Shown: positions 30,675-40,551, counted from the stretch's first letter. The stretch: 64,000 bases of DNA from an uncultured Gammaproteobacteria bacterium (GCA_964573235.1 CAZNIV010000003.1:1482-65481), one strand, 5' to 3'. The notes: generated by a model not told the origin, from the letters alone. Translations and numbers: made by a program.

Positions 30675-30684
30675 ATTATAACAT
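30675..30684 (-). promoter_or_regulatory. putative extended -10 (TGnTATAAT) promoter for pilus operon
   Basis: Minus-strand ATGTTATAAT lies about 25 nt upstream of the pilB start. Confidence 0.3.
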
Positions 30685-30711
30685 ATTTTGGGGTTAAAGA
30701 GAAAACTAAAA

Positions 30712-30736
30712 AACCCTGAAGTTATTCAGGGTTTTA
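30712..30736. terminator. bidirectional terminator between pilB upstream region and GT4 gene
   Basis: A6-ACCCTGAA-gtta-TTCAGGGT-T4. Confidence 0.5.
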
Positions 30737-30750
30737 GAGCGGGGAGTTTT

Positions 30751-31890
30751 TTAGGCGATTTTTAAAGATTTTTTAGCGATTAAGTTTTGGTATTGGATAA
30801 TAGTTTTGTGAGCGATATCATCCCAATTATAATCTTTATCTACCATGATTTTGGCTTTTCTGGCCAAGTCAGTAATAAGGTCATGGTCAGTATCGGCTAA
30901 GACTAATTGTTTGGTTAAATCAGCTCCACTTTTATTTTTAAAAGATAAGCTGTAGTCGCCAGTAGCTTCTAGGTTTTCTGGAATATCACTAACAATGACT
31001 GGGATTTCATAAGCCATAGCTTCTAGTAGGGCGATAGATAAGCCCTCAGCTTCTGAAGGTTGCACGAATAAGTAAGCGTTGGTGAATAAGGTATTTAATT
31101 CATTACCGGATTGAGAGCCAGTAAAAATAATATTTGGATTATTTACAGCTAAACGGTGTAAGTAAGAAACATATTCATCAGTATTGGATCCGCCACCAAC
31201 AATGACTAATTTTTTATCGGTTTTAATTTTTTGGTAAGCATCAATTAAAGTATGAACACCTTTATGTTGTACTAGGCGAGAAACTAAAACAAAGTATTTT
31301 TGCTTCTCTAAGCCATATTTATTTAAAATAGCAATTTGATGGCTGGAATTTTTTGCTGGGCTAATATTAACACCATTAGGAATGTAAGTAGCTTCTCGGT
31401 TAAATTGGGTTTTGACATATTTTTGTAATCCCTTAGAAATGACAATGGTTTCATGAGGAAAGTGGCAAGCGGCCCATTCTCCCATGGCTAACATTAATTT
31501 AGCAAAGTGACCCCATTTTTGATGTTCTTTATCTTGGCAGTGAAAGGTAACAACGACTTTGGTTTTTGGCGCTAACAATCTAGGAATCCAAGATAATAAA
31601 GCGGGGCCAACGCCATGGTAATGAATGACATTATAATTTTGAAAGATGGCATGCAAAGAAGAGAATAGGGTATGAGAAATAGCGTCTAAATTTTTGGTGT
31701 TAATGGATGGGCAATAAATTAAATTAACATTTTTATATTCGCTGTGACGATTGCCGGTATAATGCTCGCGAGCATACACAGTAACCGATTCATGGGCTTG
31801 GGCTAAACGCACAGCTAACTCCTCGACATGTTTTTCAATGCCGCCTTGTTTAGTAGGGATGCCTTTTTGTCCAATGAATGCGATTTTCAT
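30751..31890 (-). CDS. glycosyltransferase family 4
   Basis: GT-B fold with the E-x7-E signature region (EGLSIALLEAMAYEIPVI). Confidence 0.8.
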   Translation of the reverse strand: MKIAFIGQKGIPTKQGGIEKHVEELAVRLAQAHESVTVYAREHYTGNRHSEYKNVNLIYCPSINTKNLDAISHTLFSSLHAIFQNYNVIHYHGVGPALLSWIPRLLAPKTKVVVTFHCQDKEHQKWGHFAKLMLAMGEWAACHFPHETIVISKGLQKYVKTQFNREATYIPNGVNISPAKNSSHQIAILNKYGLEKQKYFVLVSRLVQHKGVHTLIDAYQKIKTDKKLVIVGGGSNTDEYVSYLHRLAVNNPNIIFTGSQSGNELNTLFTNAYLFVQPSEAEGLSIALLEAMAYEIPVIVSDIPENLEATGDYSLSFKNKSGADLTKQLVLADTDHDLITDLARKAKIMVDKDYNWDDIAHKTIIQYQNLIAKKSLKIA

Positions 31891-32054
31891 ATATTTTTGG
31901 CTATTTGTTGTTGACTAATGATTATAGCACAATGTGATAATTCTGTCAAGTATTTAAGAAAAGTGAGAAATTTTGGAATTAAAGAAGCCCCGCGACCCTA
32001 GTGATTGCATTGGTTGCGTTCACTTTGGGTGGCGGGGCTGGAGGCGGTTGGGGT

Positions 32055-32552
32055 TCAGTTGATCGGAATATTTTCTTCCGCGTCACCGTCCTTGGCGGCG
32101 ACAAGTTTGGTGTCCTTGCCATTGCGGGTGACGGCGGTTTTTTTGGTGTTTAGGAACACCTTGCTGCCGTCCTTGAGGACGACGTAGATGTTACACACCG
32201 TTCCAGCTGGCAACTTGCTCAGGTCGTAACCAACGGCAGTCTTGCCGTCGTAGCTGAATCCTGCTCCCGTGATGGGGTCGGCGCTGACCAGATTACCGGC
32301 CTCGTCGAGTTTCGCGTTGCTTTCGCTGTGGCAACCGTAGGGCGCCGATTTCGACATGATGAGCACGCCGATCTTGGTGATCTGGTCGATGGCGACGGGC
32401 TTGATGAGCCCGACGACATTCCCATCCTTGACAGCGACGGCGACGTGGATACCATTGGCATCCTTGGTCACATCGGCATCGGCGGCCTGGGTGTTGATGG
32501 CGGACAGTGCGGTCAGGGCGACCGCGGCGAGGATTGCGATTGTCTTTTTCAT
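32055..32552 (-). CDS. secreted hypothetical protein encoded on high-GC foreign-looking island
   Basis: Start MKKTIAILAAVALTALSAINTQA-ADA, a signal peptide with an AxA cleavage site. It is preceded by AGGGAG 8 nt upstream, and the extra 22 codons in the track ORF are upstream of that. GC3-rich codon usage and two Cys residues. No family recognised. Confidence 0.6.
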   Translation of the reverse strand: MKKTIAILAAVALTALSAINTQAADADVTKDANGIHVAVAVKDGNVVGLIKPVAIDQITKIGVLIMSKSAPYGCHSESNAKLDEAGNLVSADPITGAGFSYDGKTAVGYDLSKLPAGTVCNIYVVLKDGSKVFLNTKKTAVTRNGKDTKLVAAKDGDAEENIPIN

Positions 32553-32793
32553 GGTAACTACTCCCTGTTGTTTTGAATACACACCACCGACAGTCGTTGC
32601 CGGCAGTAGGAACGACACCAGAACCAGGCACTGAAACTTTTTTCTCCTTTGTTTTTTTGTTTTTGTTGTATTGAAAGGTTCGAAGCTAATCGATTTGTCT
32701 AAAGCACTTTATCAGTACTCGACTAAGTATTGTATCAGATAAGTGTGTATTTGTCAATAGTTAAATGATTAAAATCCCTTAGATTAGCTAAAT

Positions 32794-34482
32794 TTATCTA
32801 ATTTTACCATTAATTAGCCCATTTTTATCTAAAGCGGCATCAGTATTAATTGGTTTGGTGCTATAAGTTAAGGTTTCACCAGTAAGGGTGTCTTGGGCGC
32901 TAGCGGTAGTGGTGTTGATGATTTTTCCAACCATTCCGCCTTGGTCGGCAGTAGGAGTAAACTCTACTTCAAAGGCGCAAGCAATGCTAGGATAATTAGC
33001 ACTAGGGGCATTCACGGTATCAACATTCCAAGTGATTAAGTTATTTTTGGTATCGTAATGAACTCCACCATTAGCGGTAGTAGTGTATTGCCCGGTCCAG
33101 CGGACATTTTGACCAAGAGAAGTTTTAACTTGTAAATCTCTTAGATCATTTATATTGCTAGTAACTTGCATGGCTACCCAATAGCGAGTGGCCTCGCCGA
33201 TTTTCGGCGGTAATGGGCCAAAGCCAATTTGGTCACCTTCGGCGGTGAAGTATTTTAGGGTCACTGGCAAGGTCATTAAAGTGTTGATTTTTTGATTGAT
33301 AACATCAGCTGATTGAAAGCCAATATTGCCATCTGGCATAGTGTAATTTAGTTGGGTGGCTATGTTAAGAAAATTATTTTTTTGTTCACCATCCTTAAGA
33401 TTAATAGAAAAGGGAATGACTATAGACGCTTCTGGATTTAGACTGGCTAAGGCTAAAGTATTAGTGCGATCAAATTTAATGTTAGTGTCGCCTAATAGAT
33501 TATCCTCAGTAATATTAAGGGTGATATTTTTGACGGTAAAGTTTTCATGATTAATAATGGTGGCCAAATAAGAATTAACGCCAAAATTGGCATTTGTACT
33601 ATTGGCTTTAATGACTAAATCAATCTTAGATTTTTTAAAATTAATGGTAATGTTATTTTCAGCTAATTGATTTGAGCTATTGTCGGTAGTAATTTGGATC
33701 TTAAAAGAGTTGAGGGTTTTATTAATATTGTTTTTTACAGTTTTGGCAACAATCGTGCCAGTTAAACTTTGCTTAGGGTTTAGGGTAATGTTTTTTATGG
33801 GCAAAGTAGAAGAAGTGATGATTAAATTATTAGATAATAAATTATGACTCAGGGATAAGTTATTAATCGTGTTGTCACTTTTATTTTCAAGCGTAACATA
33901 GAAGGTAACTGGTTGACCGGCAAAAGCCCAGTCGGTAGCCTTTATGGTTAGAGACAATGGAGAGTCGCTGATATTTATTAGCTGGTTAATTTTTTTGGTA
34001 CGCTTGGCAGTATTGCCCTCGGGGATGAAAGTTAGTATTGAGTAAATTTGTTGTTCAGTTTTTGGCATCGCCCAAAACTTGCCGGAAAGGTTAATGGCGC
34101 CCTTGGCATTAATATCTAAGTCACCTAAGTTAAAGGTGATAGTTTTTTGGTCAAATTTTTGACTTGGAGATCCGCCAATTAATTCAAAGCTGTTAGGTAG
34201 ATTAAAAGTTAGTGTGGCTTGATTAAGTTGTTTACCTGATTTATTTTCGTAAGAAAAAATAAGATTAGTAACATCACCAGCAACAGTAGATTGATTTTGA
34301 TTTTCAGCGATTAAATCAATTTTATTTTCAATACGAAAGGCCACTTTATCTAAATGGCTATATAAACTAAGTGCCAATAAAATACCGACTAAAAAAAGCA
34401 AGAAAAAATTAAATACCAATGGGACCTTTTTTGTTTCAAATCGGCTGGCCGCAAAATCTTTTAGGAGTTTTTTTAGTTTCAT
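32794..34482 (-). CDS. surface protein with DUF11-like repeats
   Basis: N-terminal TM helix followed by repeated beta-rich segments that are N/T-rich. Confidence 0.4.
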   Translation of the reverse strand: MKLKKLLKDFAASRFETKKVPLVFNFFLLFLVGILLALSLYSHLDKVAFRIENKIDLIAENQNQSTVAGDVTNLIFSYENKSGKQLNQATLTFNLPNSFELIGGSPSQKFDQKTITFNLGDLDINAKGAINLSGKFWAMPKTEQQIYSILTFIPEGNTAKRTKKINQLINISDSPLSLTIKATDWAFAGQPVTFYVTLENKSDNTINNLSLSHNLLSNNLIITSSTLPIKNITLNPKQSLTGTIVAKTVKNNINKTLNSFKIQITTDNSSNQLAENNITINFKKSKIDLVIKANSTNANFGVNSYLATIINHENFTVKNITLNITEDNLLGDTNIKFDRTNTLALASLNPEASIVIPFSINLKDGEQKNNFLNIATQLNYTMPDGNIGFQSADVINQKINTLMTLPVTLKYFTAEGDQIGFGPLPPKIGEATRYWVAMQVTSNINDLRDLQVKTSLGQNVRWTGQYTTTANGGVHYDTKNNLITWNVDTVNAPSANYPSIACAFEVEFTPTADQGGMVGKIINTTTASAQDTLTGETLTYSTKPINTDAALDKNGLINGKIR

Positions 34483-34485
34483 ATA

Positions 34486-36585
34486 TTATTGGTTATTATT
34501 GATTATGGAGCTGATAGTAAATACGTTACTACTCAAAGCAATAATTTCTTTTTTGCCATCACCGTTTAAATCAGCTACGGTTACGCTGATGCCTTGACGA
34601 TTTTTCGGTACATAAGCCATAAAAGAGGAAAGTTGTTTACCGGTGTTAGAAAATACTTTTATTTCTGGCAAGGCATTGAAGCCGGCGCCAGTAATAATTT
34701 CTGCCCTGCCATCACCATTAACATCGCCAGCGGTTAGATTAACCCCATTGCGTAATTTATTATTATAAGCAAAAAAATCATTTATTAACTTGCCATTAGT
34801 ATCAAAAACTTTAACATGTGGACCGCCTCCATTGCCAGCTCCAGCGATAATTTCTACCTTGTTGTCGTCATTAATATCACCGACAGCGACATTTACTCCT
34901 AGCTTGATAGTTTTATTATTAAAAGCAGAAAACGATTTTGATTCTTGGCCGTACCAATTGAAAATTTTAATAGTATTGCCACCACCATTTTCTGATCCGG
35001 TGATAATTTCTTTTTTGCCATCGCCATTAATATCGGCTACAGCCAAAGAGATGCCATCTTGATATTTTTCACCATAAGGCATGAAGGTGGCAATGTTAAT
35101 TCCAGTTTCGCCAATAACATTAATAGTATTATTAGAAGCGCTAACGGTTTCAATAGTGCCATTATTATTAACATCGGTTTTGATTACTTTGTTGCTACCC
35201 TTTTGGTTTTTGTCGTAAGTAAAAAAACCGGTGCGAATATTATTTCCGGTGCTATCAAAAATTCTGGCGAAGGCGCCATTGATAAATACCGCATCTTTGA
35301 TTTCATTAACCCGACGGAGAAGAATAATGCCATCACGAGAAGCGAGGGTGACTTTGTTTATGATAGAGCCGTCATTAGTAATAGGATCTTGGTTGCCATG
35401 AATTTTTTCATACTCGCCATCAAAATAGGCTTCTTGGGGGTAGTCGGTAGAATTAACTAAAACAATGCCGTTAGTGAAATCGCGTTGCCAGAGACCACTA
35501 GTCATTTCGGGGTTGTTGGGGTTGAGTAAATTTTTTGTTCGTGATTGTGGTTCACCTAGATTAATATCAAATTCATCATACCACCAAAAGTGTTCACGCA
35601 ATTGTGGGCCGTAATCCATGGCATAAAAACCATTAAAGAGTAAGGAAGAGGCTAGAGTAAAACGCATTTTTTGATAGTCTTGGTTATTGGTGTTACCGGT
35701 ATTGCTATCTATTATATTAATGCGAGGCAAATAGCCGTTACCGTCTACTTGCTCATATTTTTTCATAGAACCAAGCCAGTCACCTTCGTATTGTTCCGGA
35801 AACCCTTCAAACATACGACCATTTAAGTATTGATGGTATAAGCCATCGCCATTGCCGACGATTAAATATTTGCTATCAATACGGGTGCGTAGTTTTTTGA
35901 GCAGATCAATATTGCCCTGTTGCCAGAGGCGGTCAATTTTTTCTTTGTTGTCATATATGCCGTCATTATCGATATCAATTTTGGCGTCCACCCAAGAAAC
36001 GGTTTGCCAGATATTATCTAATAATAAGCCATCCCATAAGCCCGTATTTAAAATTTTGTTTTGGTAAAAATCAGCCAAGAAATCGCCGTAAGTTTTATTG
36101 TTTTCATCTTTACTATAAGGATTCATTGAGACATTACCAGTCCACCAGGAAATATTTTTTCCATCAGTGGTTTTTAATTGCCATTGAGTTTTGGCGGCGC
36201 TAGTTAAATCATGCCACAAACCAATACCGCTTGGCTCGACTTCGTTTAGTCGGTATAGTGGTATTTCGTTGGAAGAAGTATAGGCGAGAATGATAATGTT
36301 TTTATTAAGTTGGCGCATTAGCCTGATAGCATCTGCAGAGTCATTTTGAGCTTGCATGCTTAAAGAAACTAAATCATATTTAGCTAGTTTTTTAGCTTCT
36401 TCTAAAGTAACGGGAGTTTTCCAAAACATGTTGGCCACTTTTGGATATTTGCCATCATTTTTTTGAGTCGCATCACCAGTGAAGTCGGGAAAAAATAAAA
36501 CCAAAGCTAAGAAAGCCGAAGCAAGGATGGTAGCCAAGGTGAAATCTAATTTTTGATATTTATTTCTTTTTCTTCTCATAATCAA
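34486..36585 (-). CDS. surface protein: N-terminal hydrolase-like domain plus C-terminal FG-GAP/VCBS repeats
   Basis: N-terminal TM helix. At least five repeats of the form D-x-N-G-D-G-K-x-E-I-I-x-G (FG-GAP). Confidence 0.55.
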   Translation of the reverse strand: MIMRRKRNKYQKLDFTLATILASAFLALVLFFPDFTGDATQKNDGKYPKVANMFWKTPVTLEEAKKLAKYDLVSLSMQAQNDSADAIRLMRQLNKNIIILAYTSSNEIPLYRLNEVEPSGIGLWHDLTSAAKTQWQLKTTDGKNISWWTGNVSMNPYSKDENNKTYGDFLADFYQNKILNTGLWDGLLLDNIWQTVSWVDAKIDIDNDGIYDNKEKIDRLWQQGNIDLLKKLRTRIDSKYLIVGNGDGLYHQYLNGRMFEGFPEQYEGDWLGSMKKYEQVDGNGYLPRINIIDSNTGNTNNQDYQKMRFTLASSLLFNGFYAMDYGPQLREHFWWYDEFDINLGEPQSRTKNLLNPNNPEMTSGLWQRDFTNGIVLVNSTDYPQEAYFDGEYEKIHGNQDPITNDGSIINKVTLASRDGIILLRRVNEIKDAVFINGAFARIFDSTGNNIRTGFFTYDKNQKGSNKVIKTDVNNNGTIETVSASNNTINVIGETGINIATFMPYGEKYQDGISLAVADINGDGKKEIITGSENGGGNTIKIFNWYGQESKSFSAFNNKTIKLGVNVAVGDINDDNKVEIIAGAGNGGGPHVKVFDTNGKLINDFFAYNNKLRNGVNLTAGDVNGDGRAEIITGAGFNALPEIKVFSNTGKQLSSFMAYVPKNRQGISVTVADLNGDGKKEIIALSSNVFTISSIINNNQ

Positions 36586-37753
36586 TTAATGCTTCATATA
36601 TGGCGGATATTTTTTCGTAGTGTTTATTGGCAGAATAATCTAAACTAAAGGCGTAAGCATTTTTACCCATCCTTGTTGTTTCATTTGGGTTGTCTAGTAA
36701 ATATTGTATTTGCTCAGCCAGTTCTTGGTGATTGTCGCTAGTAAAAAGCAAGCCAGTTTGTTGTGGTTGGATTAGGTTGTTAAATGATCCGGCACGGGAA
36801 GCAATGACTGGCTTGCCACAGGCGAAGGTTTCTAGGGCGCCTAAGCCGAAAGTTTCGTGAACCCGAGAAGGAAAAACGGCAAAGTCAGCATTTTGAATAA
36901 AATTAAGCAATTCGTTTTTTTCTTTGCGTCCGATAAAAACCACCTTGTCAGTTAAGTTTAATTTTTTGACTTGATTTTTTAAATTAATTTCTTCTGGCCC
37001 CGAACCAATGATGACTAATTTGTGGTCGGTTTTAATTTGGGCAAAAGCATTAATTAAAACATCGGCACCTTTGCTTTCATCTAAACGGCCAAAGAATAAG
37101 ACATAAGGATAGCCGATAGGCTTGGGTTGAGTTTGATATCTTTCTAAATCGATAAAGTGGGGAATGACAATAATTTTTTGGGCGTCAAAACCATTTTTAA
37201 TTAGTTGTTCTTTGACAAATAGTGAGGGCGCAATAAACATATCTACATAACGGCGATAGATATTAATTTTTTTATGAAAAGCAAATTCTAGTTTTAGCAG
37301 TAGATCCACTAGACGAGAATTTTTAGCGGGTTGATTTTGGCCGATGCGTAAGGTGTAGTCGTGCTTGATTAGTTTAAAGTCATGAACGGTCATTACAATG
37401 GGTAAATTAAATTTTTTGATCGCTGGCAAAATAGAAGGCGATATTTGATGATAAATATTATGAAGATGGATTAAATCTGGGCGCTCTTTTTTAATTAGGG
37501 CGGAAATTTTTCTGGCGGCGCTGAACGACCAAAATAAGCGACCTAGGCGCCAAAAGCTAGACCAGCTAAATTTATCCAATGGTAAGTCGCTAATAAATAA
37601 GTCACTATTTGGGGAGGGGTAGTTTAGGGGGTGTTTTTGGGAGAAAGTTACATTTTTGTGGCCTTTTTTTTCTAATAAATTCATCAATGAAAATAGGTAA
37701 GTTTCGGTACCGCCTTTAGGATAAAAAAATTTGTTTATATGTAATATTTTCAT
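36560..37753 (-). CDS. glycosyltransferase family 4
   Basis: GT-B fold with a conserved E..E C-terminal region (ETFGLGALETFACGKPVI). Confidence 0.8.
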   Translation of the reverse strand: MKILHINKFFYPKGGTETYLFSLMNLLEKKGHKNVTFSQKHPLNYPSPNSDLFISDLPLDKFSWSSFWRLGRLFWSFSAARKISALIKKERPDLIHLHNIYHQISPSILPAIKKFNLPIVMTVHDFKLIKHDYTLRIGQNQPAKNSRLVDLLLKLEFAFHKKINIYRRYVDMFIAPSLFVKEQLIKNGFDAQKIIVIPHFIDLERYQTQPKPIGYPYVLFFGRLDESKGADVLINAFAQIKTDHKLVIIGSGPEEINLKNQVKKLNLTDKVVFIGRKEKNELLNFIQNADFAVFPSRVHETFGLGALETFACGKPVIASRAGSFNNLIQPQQTGLLFTSDNHQELAEQIQYLLDNPNETTRMGKNAYAFSLDYSANKHYEKISAIYEALIDYEKKKK

Positions 37754-37757
37754 ATAT

Positions 37758-39218
37758 TTAATTTTGAATACTATTTTTGTTCACCACGGTGATAGTGCGA
37801 ATTAGACCCAGGATAATCCAGAAAAAAATGCCGGTTAAGTTAGTTTCTAAATAGGGCTGAAAGAAGCTAGCAATAAAAAATAGGACACCAGCGCTAATGA
37901 TTGGTAGGTAGTAAGGGGTTAATTCATGATTGAGATAAATTTGTTTAAAACTAGTAGCTAAAACGGAGATGATAAAAGCAATGAATAAGATAAAACCAAT
38001 TAGGCCGGTTTGAATGAGAATGGCCAACGGGGAATTATGTAGATTGCGTAATTCTTCGTAGTTTTGCCAATCGCCAGTTTGCAAGTTGACACGCTTGCCA
38101 AAGCCGGTGCCAAGCATTGGGTTTTTTAGCCAAGAGTTTAAAGCAATGGTCCACAAGTCTTTGCGCCAAATAGCACTAGCATCTTCTTGTAAATTAACAA
38201 TAGAAGAAGCGCGAGTTACTAGATATTCTCCGGTAGTATTAATATTAGCGCTAAGTTGTTGGCGTGGATACAATGAAGTAATAGTAAGAATGATGGCGAT
38301 GGCGCTAAAAATAATTAAAATATTTTTGGCAGAAAAATTAAGGATTTTCTTTTTTGCTTCTTTGGGAATAATTAAGATTAAAATTACCAGAGCAACAATT
38401 AAGGCTAGCCAGAGATGACGCATTAAAGATACGGCAATGCCAAGTAGCCAAATCCATAAAATTAATCCGGCTATTTGTTGGTTAGCGAATTTTTTAAATG
38501 CCAAAAAGCTTAATAAGATTAAAGAGGAAAGACATAAATAAAAAGCGTGAGTGCCAGCTAGTAAGCGCAGGCCAGTAGTGGATAGGGGAGTAAATTCAGT
38601 CCACAAGCCTTGCCCAGTGATTAAGCCGTAGAGGATAAAAGGAATAATGATTACGCCACCCAAAAGAATTACTTCTATAAGTCGTTTTAAATCTTTGGCT
38701 TTTTGAACTGAATAGATAATTAAAAAGTAGATGGCGGAATAAAAGACATAATTTTTTAAGGTAGAAAAGGCGATATCGACTTGCACATTGTAGTCGGTTA
38801 AGGAACGAATAAAGGTAAATAGATTAATCAATATAAATATAATTAGGAGTGTTTCTGGCCAACCCCAAATGAATTGCACGCGCGCTCTTTTTTGTAGGCG
38901 TAAATGGATTAAAAAACTAATAGCAGTTAAGATAATTAAAATATCCAAGGGATATAGTTTATAGATGGTTTGGTCAATGACTAATGATTGCAAGGTAAAA
39001 TATCGTTCAAAGACCATAGTAAGTAGAATAATCATGTTCAATCCCAATTGTTCGCTGTAGAAAATAAAAGCTAAGCCCGTAATGACAAAAATCGAATACA
39101 GCCAGATATTGGGAGCCAGTATCATTAAGAGGATTAAGATGGCAAAATAAATAAAAGCCAGACTATTGATTAGAATAGTACGGCTTTTGGTATTAGAATT
39201 TTGGTCGATGGCCAGCAT
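37758..39218 (-). CDS. O-antigen ligase / Wzy-like polysaccharide polymerase
   Basis: 486 aa, about 12 TM helices and a large periplasmic loop, typical of the O-antigen ligase family. Confidence 0.55.
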   Translation of the reverse strand: MLAIDQNSNTKSRTILINSLAFIYFAILILLMILAPNIWLYSIFVITGLAFIFYSEQLGLNMIILLTMVFERYFTLQSLVIDQTIYKLYPLDILIILTAISFLIHLRLQKRARVQFIWGWPETLLIIFILINLFTFIRSLTDYNVQVDIAFSTLKNYVFYSAIYFLIIYSVQKAKDLKRLIEVILLGGVIIIPFILYGLITGQGLWTEFTPLSTTGLRLLAGTHAFYLCLSSLILLSFLAFKKFANQQIAGLILWIWLLGIAVSLMRHLWLALIVALVILILIIPKEAKKKILNFSAKNILIIFSAIAIILTITSLYPRQQLSANINTTGEYLVTRASSIVNLQEDASAIWRKDLWTIALNSWLKNPMLGTGFGKRVNLQTGDWQNYEELRNLHNSPLAILIQTGLIGFILFIAFIISVLATSFKQIYLNHELTPYYLPIISAGVLFFIASFFQPYLETNLTGIFFWIILGLIRTITVVNKNSIQN

Positions 39219-39221
39219 AAT

Positions 39222-40079
39222 TTATTTTTGGGATGAATCCTGACTTGGTTCTTCTGGAGTGTAATGAGGAGTAGGGTATTGATATTGATTAAGTAAGTTT
39301 TCGTTAGTAGATTCGGCTAGTAATTCCGACTCAAGAGAGGCTTGATTGTTGTATTGGTTAACTAATTCTTTACGATTGCTAGTAATGGAGAATAGTCTTT
39401 GTTGAGGAAAAATAACGATCAAGGTAAGGCTTAAAAATAACCCAGCCACCAAACCGAGTAAGCTGTTGCGTAATATTTTTGGTTCGGCCCATTTATCGGA
39501 AACAGATGGTTCATTAACAGTGCGAATTAAAACATTACTACCAAAGCCGTGATAGTATTGATGATTATTTTTAATAGTAGTAATAATGGCGTTAATCATT
39601 TTTTCGGCTTGATCGCGATCTGGATGTAAGACAGCCACTTCCATGATGCCGTTGCCATCTTTAATTTTTACGGTTACCATATTTTTCCAATTGTTCAATC
39701 TTTTTTCGTCAGTAGTGCCAAGATTATCAATTAAAGCAGGGTTGGTTTTGTAGACTTGACTAATAAAGGAATTAGAATAAGCTACTTCGCCTAAAATTCC
39801 GGCGATATAGTCAGAAGAGCGGGAGGCGGTGTATGGGTCGATGCTATTCTGATTGAAAACGACAATGATTTTAGAGGTAGCTAGATATTTTGGTGTTTGC
39901 ATAAAGCTTAAAAGTAAGCTTAAGGCACCAAAAAAAAGCGTAATAATTGTTACGGTAATGAGGTTGTGACGATTGAATAAGGTTTGGTTCATAGCTATTT
40001 GGCTAAAATTAGGTTTATTTAAAATATAAATTATCTGTTTAAACTTTTTTATTATAACAAATTTAACATAATTTGTCAA
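39222..40079 (-). CDS. Wzz-like polysaccharide chain-length determinant protein
   Basis: N-terminal TM helix plus a Wzz N-domain-like segment (KYLATSKIIV...), with a C-terminal TM helix. Confidence 0.5.
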   Translation of the reverse strand: MTNYVKFVIIKKFKQIIYILNKPNFSQIAMNQTLFNRHNLITVTIITLFFGALSLLLSFMQTPKYLATSKIIVVFNQNSIDPYTASRSSDYIAGILGEVAYSNSFISQVYKTNPALIDNLGTTDEKRLNNWKNMVTVKIKDGNGIMEVAVLHPDRDQAEKMINAIITTIKNNHQYYHGFGSNVLIRTVNEPSVSDKWAEPKILRNSLLGLVAGLFLSLTLIVIFPQQRLFSITSNRKELVNQYNNQASLESELLAESTNENLLNQYQYPTPHYTPEEPSQDSSQK

Positions 40080-40115
40080 TAGGGGTTAATTTTATTAAAG
40101 ATTTGTATTTAAAAG

Positions 40116-40144
40116 TAGACATTAATGTCAAAAATTATTATAAT
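40116..40144 (+). promoter_or_regulatory. putative sigma70 promoter (TAGACA-17-TATAAT) containing 12-bp palindrome GACATTAATGTC
   Basis: Hexamers sit at 40116-40121 and 40139-40144. The palindrome at 40118-40129 lies in the divergent intergenic region. Confidence 0.4.
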
Positions 40145-40156
40145 GATACCAAATAA

Positions 40157-40537
40157 TTGCCAAATATGATACTTTCTTTTTTGGAGGAGAAAATTAAAAC
40201 CAATCCGGCACGACGGGACAAAGTTATTCTAATCAACGCTTTATTGGCTTTGGTTTTTAATGTAGCCCTATGGGTGTTATTTTTGTATTATTTTCATTCA
40301 GCTAGTGAATATATTGTGTTGAAGTATAATATCTATTTTGGCATCAGTGACTTAGGACTATGGTATTATGTGCTATTTTTGCCCTTAATAGGTTTGTTGG
40401 TTTTGTTGATAAATTATTTTGTGGCTTTGCTTATTTTTTTGCGCAATACTTATTTGAGTTATTTATTATCTTTCAGTTCTAGTATTGTTAATTTATTGTT
40501 ATTAATTGCTGGGTTGTTTTTAATTTATAAAAATTAA
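40157..40537 (+). CDS. small polytopic membrane protein (unknown function)
   Basis: The track start is TTG; an ATG at 40166 is more likely. Three or four TM helices. Confidence 0.5.
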   Translation: MPNMILSFLEEKIKTNPARRDKVILINALLALVFNVALWVLFLYYFHSASEYIVLKYNIYFGISDLGLWYYVLFLPLIGLLVLLINYFVALLIFLRNTYLSYLLSFSSSIVNLLLLIAGLFLIYKN

Positions 40538-40551
40538 TTAGTTATTATATT

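Noticed and set aside
32219-32634. Four additional long ORFs (32219-32461 -, 32293-32631 -, 32328-32576 +, 32356-32634 +) inside the high-GC island
   Set aside because: High-GC DNA is stop-codon-poor in all frames. These overlap the one ORF that has a start, a ribosome-binding site and a signal peptide. Their translations are low-complexity, R/P/G-rich artefacts.
32671-32690. GGTTCGAAG motif resembling a tRNA T-loop
   Set aside because: No flanking 5-bp T-stem, acceptor stem or anticodon arm could be built on either strand.
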